Positions 14,000 to 28,900 of a stretch of 64,000 bases of DNA are shown here, one piece after another (the stretch's first letter is position 1; the number at the start of each line of letters is the position of its first letter). Source of the stretch: Tubiluchus corallicola (taxonomy: Eukaryota; Animalia; Priapulida); the NCBI GenBank assembly GCA_030141605.1, contig JAQGDQ010000181.1:335124-399123 (forward strand), read 5' to 3'. Under the pieces are notes generated by a model. That model searched no databases. It saw nothing but the letters and a program-made list of their open reading frames with translations, and was not told the DNA's origin. The position numbers and the translations under genes were made by a program.

Positions 14000-16900
14000 A
14001 TGGACGACTCTACAGTTTCAGAACATGACGAATATAAACGGATTTTGAACGGCATTGCGTCGGAATTAAGAGAAAATAATAGCTTACCCGTTATCCCAAC
14101 TACTAGTTATGTTACAGATGCAGAAGTTGAAGCTGAATGTCTGGAATGGGTGCTACTGTTCAACAGGGCTAGGAGCAAAAGCAAGTAAGTTTCAATTTCA
14201 GAATCTGAACCTAAACGTAATAGTGCATATGTGTGTGTCTGATTAATTCGTGCATTTTTCTATAACTTGGCGCAATACCCACTTTTTTAAGTTTTGAGTT
14301 TTAGCGTTTGAAACAACTTTGCCAGAGACCTTAGAGTTGTAACCAGGATCACAAATTGTAAGAGATGAATAACACAATATGCATATTTCAATGTACATGT
14401 ACTTTCTCACTGAGAGAACTAGCTGGGGTAGTGTGGCAGATAAAGTGTCTATAAGTAGTCTTCTTTTCAGTCGTGTAACTATTCAATTACAAGCGAGTCC
14501 TGACGTTACTTTATTTAACAACTCTGTAGCCAGTGACAATCTAATTTTTAATCTGAAAGAACTGCATAAACTGCAGACACGAGATTAACATTTTTAAAGC
14601 AGCAGTAGTTGCGCATATACTGGGATAAATTTAATTTTTCAAGTTTGCACGACTACTAATCAATTTTTTGTTTGGTTAGCAATTAACATTTTGTTGGTTA
14701 GCATTTACCATTGTGAATAATTTTTGTGAATGTATGATGACTACAAAAATACAGCGATTACAAGTAAAATGACAACAGTTGCTGTTTTGTTTTATTCTAA
14801 ACTCACCGAAGGTAATTAAGCGAAACTTGGTTATTTACTACCGTCTTTCGCTACCCTTTCTCCTGCACCCCCCACCCCTAACTCTTTCCTTTATGCTTAA
14901 TTTATCCTTTTTAATCAATAACTATAACAATAATAGTCTATTGTATACTGGTGTAAATAAGGAGATAAATAAAAATGTCTATTGTCTATGTCTATTACTC
15001 TAACTGTTTCACCTGGTTTTGACTTGCGCACCGCTTTGCTAATCATGGGCGTATGTTACAAATTCAACAATGCAGTCTGGCTTCTTTGTCAGCCTTACAG
15101 CATGCAGATGTATGCTGGACATTAAGTATTTTTTCAAGTTATTACAGCTCATGGAATTTTCACTAAATCCCACTGCAAGTACTGAGCTAAATTTTCCGGG
15201 CGTGCTTTTCGTTTTATCTCAGTAGACCTATTATGTGGAAATTGTGTTGTACAAGAAGCCACAGGTGACACTAAATTGTCTCATTTTCAGTTGTCTTATA
15301 ACTCATCAAATACCCACTGTTTACCATTCTAGTGATTTTTGCCAGTTTGTCTAGTACTTTGAAAATTGGCTAGTACTGGTTTCGCTAAAATCATGAAAAG
15401 GCACTACAGGCTGTGCTACAGTTGTTATGAGATTTTGCAAATGCCAGGCCTAGCTAAAAATCCGTTGAAAGTGACAGTTGGGTTACAAGTTAGAACTAAT
15501 CAACTAAATTGCATGTTGCATTAGTGCACCGGCCAACAAATAGCTCATTTTACAACAGAGGACGCACCATTATATATATATAGATAATTTGCATTCACCC
15601 ATTACCTTTTTGCCTGTACAGTTTGTTATTTGGGAGTTTTATTTTTTCCATCAGCATCATGCCATGGTGAAAATTAACAGGTTCTAATTCTAGCAATAAT
15701 TTTAAGTCAAAAGCAAAAGCATGATTTCACACGCCCAACTATACGTACAGCACTCACTCACTGCACATGGTCTCACACAACTAACAGTGTGTACAGCACC
15801 GCACATGCTGTAGTGATTTTTTATACCCAGCTGTACATACAATACACGCACACGCGCGCTCGCGCACTCACACACACACACACATCCTGTACATGATTTC
15901 ACATACCCAACTGTACGTATGCTGGATGCAGCACTCACATATTCTGGTGCCATAAGTTATTTGAGTTTGGCTGTCTTATTCTTTTCAGCTTTTAGTTGTA
16001 ATGCACCCATTCAGAATTACCAGCTCATTTTGAGCCAGTTGAAAGTAATGTAAAATGTTATTTAGTGCTGTGACTTGACAACAATAAAGCCACATGAAAA
16101 GACTGTAAGGAGAAAGCATGAAGATGGATTTACTGCATGTCTGGTTGCTGTGTGAGCGGTGATAGCACTTTCAGTGATAAGTATCTCATTGCATTACTAC
16201 ACTGATGCAGTGCACTATGCCTTGCAAGTTTTATATCTAAATATTTTCTTTTTTCAGAAGAATTCCCTCTCATTTTTGTTCTGCGCTGGCCCGAGCTACA
16301 GCTAGTCGAATTGTTAAATCTGATTTGACTGTTTATCTTGAGCAGAGATGTCAAGACGATGAAGTCCCACAGACGTGTAAGTTGCATTGCAGGTCTAAAA
16401 CTTTTTCTTTCTCTTGGTAGAAGTTTGTAAGCTTTTTTTAGTATTATTGTTAAATAAATTGTACCGTGTTTTACTAACCTGTGGCATGGATTCTGTAACA
16501 ATTTTGTATAGGTTCATGCCTATAAACAGACCTTAGTGGTCATTATCAAGGTCTGCTGCCGTCACAATATAATCAGCTGTTTATAATAATTCATACTGAT
16601 CTCTGATGAGATCCAAGTGCAACACTTTTATGGAACTCGCTTCTAATTGGTTAGAAACTGAAGATTTTACATATTTTGAGAACTTGACAGTTCCTGTTTT
16701 GACTGCATTAGTTTCAAAAACAGTTGTAGTCCAAAGAACAATCAAAAGGCAACGTCCAGTCTCTTATCTGATGTCACTTGACTCTCTTACAGATACAGCC
16801 TATAATTCATTTCGGTTGTATAGGGCATTTTATACTCATGATTTGAAGCTACATCTCCAACGACAAATTCTCGGCGATCTATTTATCATAGTCCTTTACT

Positions 16901-19900
16901 ACCAGGAGGAATGAGAGGGGGCGAAAAACCTCTCGTTTCTTTGCAAAATTCATACCTCATTTCTAGAGATTGAAAAGGTTGGATAGCCAATTCACTTGTG
17001 TGTGTAGCATGCATATTTGAATTTTTGAATTCCCGGGAGAGCCGTGGTTTCCCATAACAGGCGTTTTCCTGGACCCAACTCCCGATTTTTTCAAAATTTT
17101 GACGGAATACCGTGTAACAAAAACGTTCTAGCTATGCCTGGTGCGACTCTTGGAAGAAGATGTATTGCTCTTTGGAAAGAGGAGAAGAGAGCTACATGAC
17201 GATTTCTTTTCATCGTCTCTTTTAAGGATGCCTCCACCAGGAAGAACGGCTACAAGTTGATTGGAGGTTCCATTTCGGATGATTCTCGCTTTGTAAACTG
17301 CTAAAGCATTGCATTTTTTGACGTCATTTTATTGTAACTTTTTATTACCTATAACGTTGCTTCAGTAAATAAATGGCTTATTTGCATTAGGTAAATAAAT
17401 GAACATCATGTAGGATGTTCGTGCTATATTGAATATAAGTGCATTTTTACGTAAATTTTGCAGGCCCTTTTGCTAGCAGTCATATTAATTTTCATTACGT
17501 TCAGAGCCTGGAGAAACCTAAACATTTCAAAATACTCTTACTACTATAGACAAAGTGCATTAGCTCAGTGAACTCTCTCAAAGATGAGGCACGTTGACCA
17601 TTTTCCAAGGCATAATATTTCTTACTGTTAATTGGAAGTGGTGCTGACAAGCCACTGGCATAGCAGTGTCTAGTTTTTTGCTGGATCATTGCTGTGTTTA
17701 CCTGTCTTCGGGGCAGATTTCTTTTGTTTTAGAATTCTATCTGCTCATTGTCAGCAGCAGAAGTAACGGTGCATATGCTGATGATTTCTTCCTCTATAAT
17801 CTTCTTCTAATAGAAAGTTCTTTGCCAGCATATTGCAGTTTATTGCGAAACTGCATCACTAGCTGCCAAAACCTGGACTCTTTCAGTGCCTGGAGAGTTC
17901 CTGGCTTCCCTGGGAAAGTTCTGCCTGTGTTTGAAGCAGCTTCTTGCAGCTGAGCAGTACGTGACATTTCACGCTGGTATGTGCAGTCAAGCGGGCAAAG
18001 AAATGCCAGAACAGTTTCTGCTTTGTTGGCAAATTGCCAAAACTGGCAAAGTCAAGGTTTCGCCATTTGTGAAAACTTGTCACAGTGACGCCACTTTGGG
18101 GTCTTCTAGTGTTTAACAGAGTTACAAAAATCATATCAGCAGCGAACCTTTCATGCTTCAAATCATTTTTGGAAAATTTCTATTAGTACCTGGGAAAATA
18201 CTAACCTGGCAGTAGAAAAAAAATTGTATTATGTAGCAAAGCATATCATTTTGGAATAATAAGCTGTGCATGCTTATTATTATTGTTGTTGTAGTTGTTG
18301 TTGTTCTTCTTATTCTTATAATTATCATCATCATCATTATTATTGGAATCCTATTAATGGAATGTCACTTTTTGCATGTGTGTCAGCCATTTTTATTAAT
18401 ATGACCTTGAAAAACTGAAAGTCATATGCCATTTTATCTGCCAATCCATACAATATTTCAAATCAGATGATGTAGAAAATTGTACATACACTTGACATAA
18501 AGTCTGGGCATGAATGTTGATCTGGAACTTGCAATGTATATTTTTATATCTAAGAATGGTAAGACTAAGATATATGTGTATGATACAGGCAATGTGTGTA
18601 AAATGCCTAGTGATTTTATGGAATGCCAAAACAAACCAGGTAAAGTGTTTGAAGTAATTCCTTCTTCACTATTCCTAAACATTACATATAATGCAAAAGT
18701 ATGTTTTGGGAAAATGTGTATTTCTCAGATTTTGGATATATTCCTCTTAGGCATTTTATTGAATGTTATTTTGTTATGGGGAATGTTTGAAACGAGTCGT
18801 GTTCCAAAGTGTTTGCAAAGCTTTGCTGTAATACATTCATGCACTCATTGGCCTTTACTTGTGTTCAAGAATTTCCTCATGATGTCGTTCCTCTCCTGTG
18901 GTGACAATGTTGACAACTCTGAAGGCCAATTCTAGTTTAAAACATACTGTGACAAAAATGACATTTGTAAGTTGATAGACGGCACTGTTGACCTTGTCGA
19001 CTTTTTGCTGATCCGCACTTTTTTCTGCCTCTTCCGGTATCGTAATGCTGGATGGTCCAGGAAAAGCAGAACATTGCTGGCATTGTGAATGTTTTCAAAT
19101 GTTTGCCTTTGTTTCCGCTTTGTTTGAGCATGGGTTTCAACTTGACTTTGTAGTTGTGAAGAGGGCATCCTTGTGGTTGTGGGCCAGTTGTGAGCTCATG
19201 TAAGGGAATTTGACAAGGAAGCCTGGTCTCCTGCATTCTCTTGACATGTCCTGGCAGAATTTCATAGCGGTGGGCACCATACTGTGGCTGCTTGCTTTTT
19301 CAAATCAATGGTGGCGTTGCTCGTAATGTATTGATGCCTTTGCATCCAGAATGGAGCGAAACTTTTCCTGGTGTAGACGTGAAAATGTTTTGGTATCAAG
19401 ACGATATGGAGAATTGGCAACTATAAAGCAAAGTTAAGATGACGATTGCTTAACAGAGCGTGAGTTTCATCTCTGGAACTCATTTCGTAAATTTCCTCAA
19501 GGTTCTGTGAACATTCTAATTCGATCATTTCGTGCTCCATATCTTTTTCAGAAGTGCATTTGTTGGAGAGAAAGTTTGCTACATACAGAAGATGGCCTAT
19601 TTGGCTGGGTGGCATGTCACAGATGCCAAAATTGCATCCATTGTCAATAAAACAATTAGCTCCCTGACTTATTTGAATTGCTTGCTTAATTTAATGCATT
19701 GACAAAGTCTTTTTGTGCATTTTATGTAATGCCTAGGTAATGTATAATATGTCTAGGCAAAGTCAGAGTAAATGCAAACTAAGTTCATTTTACACTTTGC
19801 CAAAGCAACTTTACGCACAATATACAGATCCTAGTTATTATATAAAATGCCTGGGTAAATGTGTAAAAGTGATGCAGCAAAAACGTTTGTTCCGTACTTT

Positions 19901-22900
19901 TGTTATGTGAAAAGCCTAGGGATTTTATATAATGCCTAAACTTTGCACATTGCCTGTATCATATACACTACTACATCTCTATAACAAAATGGAATGCTTT
20001 ACAAAACCTATTTTGATGTCTTGGGACCATTTTGTTAGTTACCCTAGTCACCAGCGACTTAACATTGTGAGGCAGCGAAATAGTCTTATTGATAAGGCAC
20101 TGTATTGCGGAAGCTTCAGACCTAGCAGATTCACTCCTCTGCTTTCAGCTGTGTAAAAATACCCGCAGCTGTTTTCTGGAGCAAGAATATAATATTGCAC
20201 TAGGGTTTCATCAGTGTTCGGCATCCACTAATTGCAGGGCTTGCGGGGGTGGGTGAGCTGCAGTCATTGTCAACCCCTACGTATATTAAGGCAATAATAT
20301 CTTGCAATATTGTAAGATATTAAGCATTTCATATAGGCTAGTATAGGCTGCAGCCTAGGGCCCTTCAAGCCTTGGTAACATTTGGTAAAAAAATCTGTTT
20401 TTCCACTACGGCTGTGCTTAAATATTTGGTGTGCAATAAATTTAATAATGGTATTTCTTTAAGAATATTTTTATTGACAGAGAAAAGTTATTCTTCTTTA
20501 GTTAAAATTATAATAAGAATTATAATGGATTGATATACATACTTTGATAAGTAAAAGGCACCACGCAAACTTGCATTTGTCTGTTGCAAAATCTGTAAAT
20601 AATGCAAACATGCATTTGTCTGTTGCAAAATCTGTAAATAACTAAAGTCTATGAGAGCCCGCAGACTTATGCAACTAAAAGTTGAGTCAAAAAAGTTGCA
20701 AAGTGGGCTCAATCTGTTAGGTGTGTCATGGTTTTGGACGTGCAATTTTTAATTGCATAATCTTTATTCGAAAAACATTGGATAAGTATAAGAATTCAGT
20801 GTCTTGTGGAAAGGCACCATTTAAATATGAGTAAAAGTAAACAAATTAAGGAAGAGAACTCATTCTTACAGTCTTTGCTACAATCTTTTAGGAAATTCAG
20901 CGACAAATTTACAAGGCATTTCTACCACCCATTATTGATTTTTTGCTGCTACTGTTATCTACTGTTTTCTACTACTACTACTATTGTAAGACCCCCTTAC
21001 AATTATATTCCTGATCCGTCACTCAAACTCCCATGTTCCAGTGTCCCAAATGACAATCTAACTCACCTTAATAATTCACCTTCATGGTGAGTAAACCCTG
21101 ATTTCCATATCTTGCACCGATCTCTTGTCCACTGAGTATTTCCATCTCTCATCCGCATACCAAACTGGTATTAAAATAGGAGGTTCCTCGCATGGAGTTC
21201 TGCATCAAGTTTATGTTTTAAAACTATTTACATTATTTGCTCTCACTAATGATTCTGGTGACGAGTTCCACATTATTACTTCAGCTTGTGAAAACCTTTT
21301 TCAGTATTGACCCTATGCTTGAACAATTTAACACTATGCCCACGTGTAATGCTTCTATTGAGTGTAAAAAATTGGTTTGCGTTCATATCAGTATATCTCA
21401 CTTGCCTCAAAAAAAGAATACACACCTTCCCCTGGAGCATAAGAACTGTAATAACTATAAATTCGCAACTACAGCACTGGTTAAAATAATGTGAGAAATG
21501 TTAGTACATTAAAGATCCGTACGAAACTGTGATCCACAAATGCAATGCAGAAATAAAAGTTTGTGTAATCCTCCGCGACGAACTGTCTTTGATATGTAAA
21601 AGCTCCGCACGGATGTTCAATTGTCATTTGTGCAACTAAAAGAGTAAATAACTTGACCTTTTCACATGAGCTGGTATCACTAAACAACATTGGCATTTGT
21701 GTTTTGATACTTTTAATTGCATAAGCATTCCTTTTGATTCACTTTTTATGCACTTTTTGTTCTTAATGGATGCATGCTAATATATTATGGATGCTATCAT
21801 AGTTAGTTGACATTATGTATGGATTGATAATCATTTTGTAAATTACCTATGCAAGCTGATGTATTTAAAGTAACAAGATCAGCCTAGGAATCATAGTCAT
21901 TTTTGGGGTAATGTTTTTTTTCAACTTTATATCGAGATAGGTAATGTACAGCCCAAGTATTTCCAAACATTCATAAAAACTACAACGATCCAGGCGATTG
22001 TTGCTGAAACATTTACTCTTGTGAGCTCATATAAGTTAGTCCAAGGCTTAAAAATTGTCCTGTTATTAATTGCTGGCTATTTATTGCATAAGCCCTATAT
22101 TTTGAATGTATATTTCTCTTTTATATGAACTAGCAACGTGCAAGTCCGAATTGCATAGTGCTAATTACGTAATTAAAAATTGCATATCTGTTCTTCCAAT
22201 CTTGGTACTTCAATGAAAATGCATGTAGGTGTGGGGCCTTAGCCTGTAATCACTAATTAATCGCAGAAAGAAACTTTATTACTATTGAAGTGATTTTAGT
22301 GTCAGTTCATTATTCAGCGTTTTTACCTGTACAAGAAGCATGTACCAGCATATAGAATTTTGCATGTACCATTCGCTAAAACTTTACCAACTTTTTGGCT
22401 GATTGATGTTAAGAATTTCTATTGGTTGAAAGTATCCTTTAGCATCATTAGATCTACTATAAAGTTTGCTTGCAAGTGCCCGTAGATTCTTCCAAAATGT
22501 CTTCAGTTGCAGGACAATTCATTGGTGGTCCAGGTCAAGGCTTCATCCTTGGCCCCGCATCCTGCTGGGGGATCTTTCAGCGCTGAAATCCTCAAACTCC
22601 TTAGCTGAAATTTCATTGGGGGTTGCAAGCCACCTAGTAAATTTCCATTTATTTGTTTGGTAAGCTTTGGCATCGCTGTTAGTATAGCAAAAAATGAATA
22701 CATTTGCCATTATGAGAACTTGAAAAAGCAGTTTGTTAAATTTTTCATACCATCTGAGAATTATCATTTTTAACAAGAAAAACTTAATCACACAGTTTGA
22801 TAATATCTACATTAAAATGGTGGGTACCATTGGACATGGACATGATTGAAACTAAGTATGCTACATTACTACTTCACCTCTCCAATTCCCTAGAAGATAA

Positions 22901-25900
22901 CATTGCTCTGAAGCTCTTTTCCATATTGCTATTTGCTAATTCTGGTTTGTTTACCATAGTTGTGTAATTGTTTATTACCAAAAACAAGAATCTCTAATTA
23001 GCTGATAAATGCATTATGCTGTTAAAGATGCCTGTGGGGACATTATAACCATTTCCGCTGTTAGTTTGTTGGTTATGTAATTACAATAATGTCAGAATGT
23101 TCATTGGGTCTCCGAAATTAATTTGAAATATTGTTAATTGTTGTTTCAGTAATAAATGCAGAGAAGTTGGCGGCCATGACATTTGAGACGCTAACAGAAA
23201 TCTGTGATAGCTGGTCAACTGATTTGCCGAAAGTGGCGATCCTCCGTCCACGACTGGACATCTTCATGTGTGCAATAAAGAACACAAGGCGGAAGATGGA
23301 GGACAAGCACACAATACTGCCAGAGTTTAATAGTTTATTTGGGTTAGAGGTGAGAATAAAAGAAATACACTCATATCTCGGTTTGCTGGACCTCGCTTTT
23401 GTGGGTATTGGAAAATTCAGACAAAATCTCGTCCATTAAATGTCCCGCATAATACGGATACAGTACGGATACATTTTGCGAGCTGACTGCCAGTTGGCAG
23501 GCCGTCACTTTGTTTACCTTTGTACATCAGTGTATATCTCTGTGTGTAGAAATATAGAGACAATTATATGGAGTTATTTGAGTCAATTACCGATAGTTTT
23601 TATGTACTTTTGCATAAGAGAAATACTAGACATTTTTTAGACAATTAGCTGATTCATTCTACATTACCATGAGTCTAATACACGGGGCCTATTGTATTAG
23701 GTTAGTATCGGAAAATACGGACGATCGGCAAATTCGGACCGACGTCTCCCCACTTTTATTCATCAAACGGAAATATGAGTGTATTGTAAAAGAGATAAAA
23801 GTAAACATGATACAGGTAGTCGTCGCCACAAGACGACTTGGTCTCAAGTCAGACACATATTCATTGATGCACCCAAAGAAAATAAATACAATATTCTGAA
23901 GTTTGATAGTTTTGAGGTCAGGATAAATACAATACTGCCAAATTTGCTTATATTAAAGGTGAAAATTATAATTACCAACGTGTGAAATTTTTTGCACATC
24001 TTAAAGGAAGGCCGGACGATTGTTTAGATTCAATCTCATTTTAATTTACTGTCCAAAATATGCATTTCCTTGCCTGTAAAAGTTAGCAATTGTTTCTTAT
24101 ATTTGAATAATTAGCTTAGAAAGTTAATTAATGGTAACCGGACACAGCTATTGCTTACATCAGAAACTAACCACAGTTTGTGCAATGGCAGGCATCTTCA
24201 CTTGCGCATCAAGAACGTTTGGGTAAGTGTTACTGTTTAAACGCGTGATGTCACGAAAATGGGCTCTACGTCATATAACGTCTGAAACTAACACTGCAGT
24301 TCATGATCATTGTTATCACGGTACCACCTTTTATTTGTCGGCAACACGAATGTGGCAAAAAGGTGCCACTGCCAAACTTAGTAGATTCACTGAGCCGCGG
24401 GTAGCTTTAAAAGTTTAACAAAATTTGAGTATCATGTGTAATTATTATTTAATTTAAGCTTTGATTTAAAATAAGCTATTGTAGTTTTCAATATTTTAGA
24501 GCATTCTTTATTCTGAACTAATGTTTACACAATCATCCAGTTTTCCTTTAAAGTTGAAAATGATTTCCTGTCTGCTAAAGTGTGAAGGCCTGTCTTAAAG
24601 TCTTAAAGGTGAAAGTTACAGTTTGCTGATTTGTTTGGCTTACATATGAGGAAAACGCAATGCTGTAGAATTTAAATTTAATGTGGATGTGGAAATAAAC
24701 ATCGTATTCTAGAGCGTAACACGTTTAATGCGCGAAGCCGAGCAATAACTGTGCGATTAGCAGTCAAGTTAACAAATGCTGCGCTTGGTTAGTGACTGGA
24801 TGACTGACTCTCAGAAATGCTACTTTTGAATAGTTTTATCTGCCATACTGCCATGCAGAACTTGGGATGCTTGCATAAATTATGTGAATATTATTTAGAC
24901 ACTGCTTCCGGTTCAGTACCCCATTTTAGAAGACCATCCTTAGTAATTAGCCAGGATTTGGTCCTTCACAACCGTTTAGGAGTGAGCATTCTCTGCCAGA
25001 AAGCGAATTCAAATCGAATCGGCAATTTTCAAACTCACATAAAACTGAATTTAAAGATTTGGAATTCGAGTTCACTTTTAAAGATTTTCAAATAAATTTT
25101 CGAATCATTAGTAAAAAGCTTCTCACAAATACAATGCACATTATTTGATTTTATTCGGCAGTAAAAACGTTAATAGTTTGTTGAAAAACTTTGCACAATA
25201 ACTGCAGCAAAATTGTTCTGATTACATGATGTTTTAAATGTTTTGATGATAAAAAATGTATGTTGCTGAAGTGCTGAATTATTCAAATCTATAATTTTAG
25301 GTTTGAATCAAATTTGAACTAGAAAACTCGTACGAATTGAATTCAAACATTGGAATTCGAACATTCGATGCTCACTCCCTATTTAGCCGTAAAAAATAGA
25401 GCATGCGTTAATTGTTGGATTCTATCTCGCAATGAGCCAAGTAATATAGCGCTTAGAAATGTGTATAAATATAATACTGCAGATGTTTCTGACTCGAAGG
25501 CCTGATTTGAAACTTGCTTTTCATATCAACTTTTGAGTATGGTAGTCAACTTGAATATCCAGTCAAAGTTATTAACTTTTCGCTCAGCGCTGATTGCCTA
25601 TTGTATTACAGGGACAGCCGATCCAGTCGTTCTTTGGAGTCTATGACGGTCACAATGGAGTTGAAGCTGCCGAATATACGGCAATACATTTGCATCGTAA
25701 CATCATCCGACATAAGTCTTTCCCTGATGATATGCACACCGCTATTAGGGAAGGTTTTCTACAGACAGACGACGCATTCTGTGAGCGGGCACGCCGTGAG
25801 GTCAGCAAAGGAATTTATGTTTTATTGTTTTCAGTTTTGTAATAATGATACTACTACTAATAATAATAATGTATTTATGTATAAAATATCTTTCAATAAA

Positions 25901-28900
25901 AATTTTTCAAAGGCGCTGTACAATTAAAAATATTTAGGTAAAATACTAAAACACTATAATGTAATTAGACCTAATCTATAAATAGTAAAAATCTGCTAAA
26001 CATTTGCCACTTGTGCATTAAAATGCAGCGTAAAAAGATGATTTACTTTAGTTTAAAAGAACTTACGGGTAAATTAGTACAAGCGCTGATTTTAATTGGT
26101 AGCTTATTACAACACTTTGGCACAATGCTTGAAAATCTTAAATCAGCAAAGATTTTCTTTTTTTTAAAGGTACAAGAAGTTTTAATTCATTTGCTTTGTT
26201 AGCTATTACTTACTGCCTTGTCTAAAACTCTGCTGAAATCAACTTAACGTATGCATGAGCCAGATCATAAGACAATTTGATTTTGAAGCGTAAAGCAAAA
26301 AAAGTCTCTGAGCTTAATAAGACTCATCCTGGTGCCTACAGTTACCTGTTTCATATCAGTATTTCTGTATTTTTCTTGTCACAGTGTTTGAGGTTTTGGT
26401 CAAAAAAGCCTTTTTCCATTAAGAAACTGAAACAAAATTTGAAAATGGAAGGATTTATGTATAAATTACCAGTGATACTCTATGTTACTTGGCTTAATTT
26501 CTTGCGGTAGTCCCAAAGAAAAGCAGCTTTTCCAGTAAAGCATTTTTTTCTAATTAACCATACTTTCTTCATTTTACTGACAGCTTTTTGCCATTTTGGT
26601 TTGGTATTTTGCTACAATTATTTTGGAAATTAATTAATGTAATTAATTAATAAATTATATGTCATTATCATCATTAACTTGTTATTTCATAGACTGCAGT
26701 AGAATTTTTACTGTCTATCCACTGCCTGATATGATGCTAATTTGTTTTATAGTTTTCAAGTAATTATAGCAGTTGACCCTTTCAAAAATCTGCTGTAGGA
26801 CAACTGAATCTCCTTTGTTTTGGTGATATCTTAGATTTGTTTAGCATTTTTGATAAATTGTGTACAGTTAATCTGAATAGGCAAATGCTATTCTAACTAT
26901 TGTAGAAATTTGCGCATTTTAGGCTAACAAGAGCGGATCCACCGCCGTTATAGCGCTACTGCAAAATGACGTGCTACATGTAGCTTGGCTTGGCGACTCG
27001 CAACTTGTGATAGTTCGAAACGATTCGGCAATCTCAGTAACAAAACCTCACAAGCCTGATAATCCTGTGAGTTTATTATTATGACATTTTTCCTGTGCCA
27101 ACAGTAGTTGGTACATATGGTAGGATATTTAGTTGTGTCTGTTTGTCTGCATATTAAAACCAAAACAGATGAAGCTATAATCACCAAACTTGGTACAGGG
27201 ACGTGTCTGAGTAAGACCTAGTGATATGTTGTTTTTTTGGTTCAAAACCTCCAAGGTCAAGGTCACAAGGTTACAGTAAAGATTAGTTACAGTTGAAGCT
27301 TTCACTACCAAACTTGGCACAAGGATTGTTAAGCCATATAGATTAATTGCTTCTTGGTTGAAAAGGTCAGAGGTCTAAGCTGTAAGGTTACGAAATGCAA
27401 AAATAAATGTTTGCCCATGGTGTCTTTACTTGAGGGCATGGGTATACACCTCTACTGAGTATAGCTAAATGATTGTTGGAACTTCACATTTTTTCATAAA
27501 CCTTCATAAAATTGTTTGTGTGTGGTGGTTTTTCCACACGTAATAAAGGATATACAATGATTTAATATGTAGGCAGTTTAGAAAGTTACTTCAAATTATA
27601 AATTTCGAATTTGGTTTATGTTGGCTTCTATTCCTTCTTTTACTTATTATAAACTATAATGTAATAAACAATAACGGCTATAAATTTTACAATTGTGATG
27701 GCTAGATAAACATAGTTTACTGTCAGTCATTATTTTTCATTTACAGGAAGAGAAGCAGCGGATAGAGTCGCAAGGAGGATGTGTTGTTTGGCTGGGTACA
27801 TGGCGGGTGAATGGCATGTTGTCTATATCTCGAGCAATCGGTGATGCGAATCACAAGCCTCACATTAGCGGTGAACCGGGAATAGAGTCGCTGCATCTGG
27901 ACGGAACGGAAGATTACTTTGTACTGGCATGCGATGGTTTGTGGGATGTACTGGAACCGCAAGATTTGCCAAAACTTGTCAGGTACGTAAAATGCTTTTT
28001 TGAGCATCACTGTTTAGGTATTGTACTAGAAATGTGTGACTTGTCAAAATTTGTAAACCAGTCGGCGGACATCTGTTGTATTTTCGTGGTTGATTAACTG
28101 GATGAGAAACTGATTTGATTGTAGGTAGGCCTATGCCAGAACCACACGTTTGTGCTTCTATCCTATATATCTGTAAGTGCACATCAATAGCTTATGAGAA
28201 ACCATGTCGTGTAAGCGTCTGTTATTTTACTTTACCGCGATGACGACTGTATTTGTCATGGGATTTTTCTGGATTTCCAAAAAAAATCACTTGAAAATGG
28301 TAATGCAATTGATTTGCATCTGGAAAACATAGTCGATGATTGGAAATAAAGCCCAAATGAATTGCTTGAAAAATTACTATGGATTAAATTGTTTAATCAG
28401 CCTAATTACTACAGTGCTGGAAATTTTTGTGACTTATCAAAACTTATCAACTATATTGACTAATATAACAACGTAACTTGCATGAATTTTTTCAGTTCTT
28501 ACTGAGTAATTAAAACTAAAAATAAGTCGTATTGAATCCACATGATTTGTCAAAAACTTTTTTTTGGTGAATTTGGGAATGGCTCTTTTAAATTATTGAG
28601 GAAACTTAATTTTCGAATTTGTGAATATGTCAAAGTTTTACTGAAATCATGTCAGTGGGAAGTCACCTGCAAAAATTTTGTAAAGTGATTCAGAAAATGA
28701 AGCATGATTCCTCATCATTTGTCGGTTTACTCTGTCAAGAAAACTATTTTTGTTTAACCCTTTGAGCATTAGTACTAACTTTATTTACAATAACGTGACT
28801 GTATTAAGTTATTAATATTACCCGAGTTTTGACTTGATTTATCAAATTTGAATATTTTTCTGAACTTTAAGGGGCAGGTTTAAGGGGCTTTTTTCTCATT

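Noticed and set aside
16560-18230. Possible nested gene or transposase remnant in phosphatase intron 2
   Set aside because: Coding-like composition but no recognisable motif, termini or consistent splice structure; left unclassified.
20900-22700. Short ORFs and repeat-like fragments in the intron
   Set aside because: Probably old LINE or DNA-element debris; no boundaries or motifs I can support.
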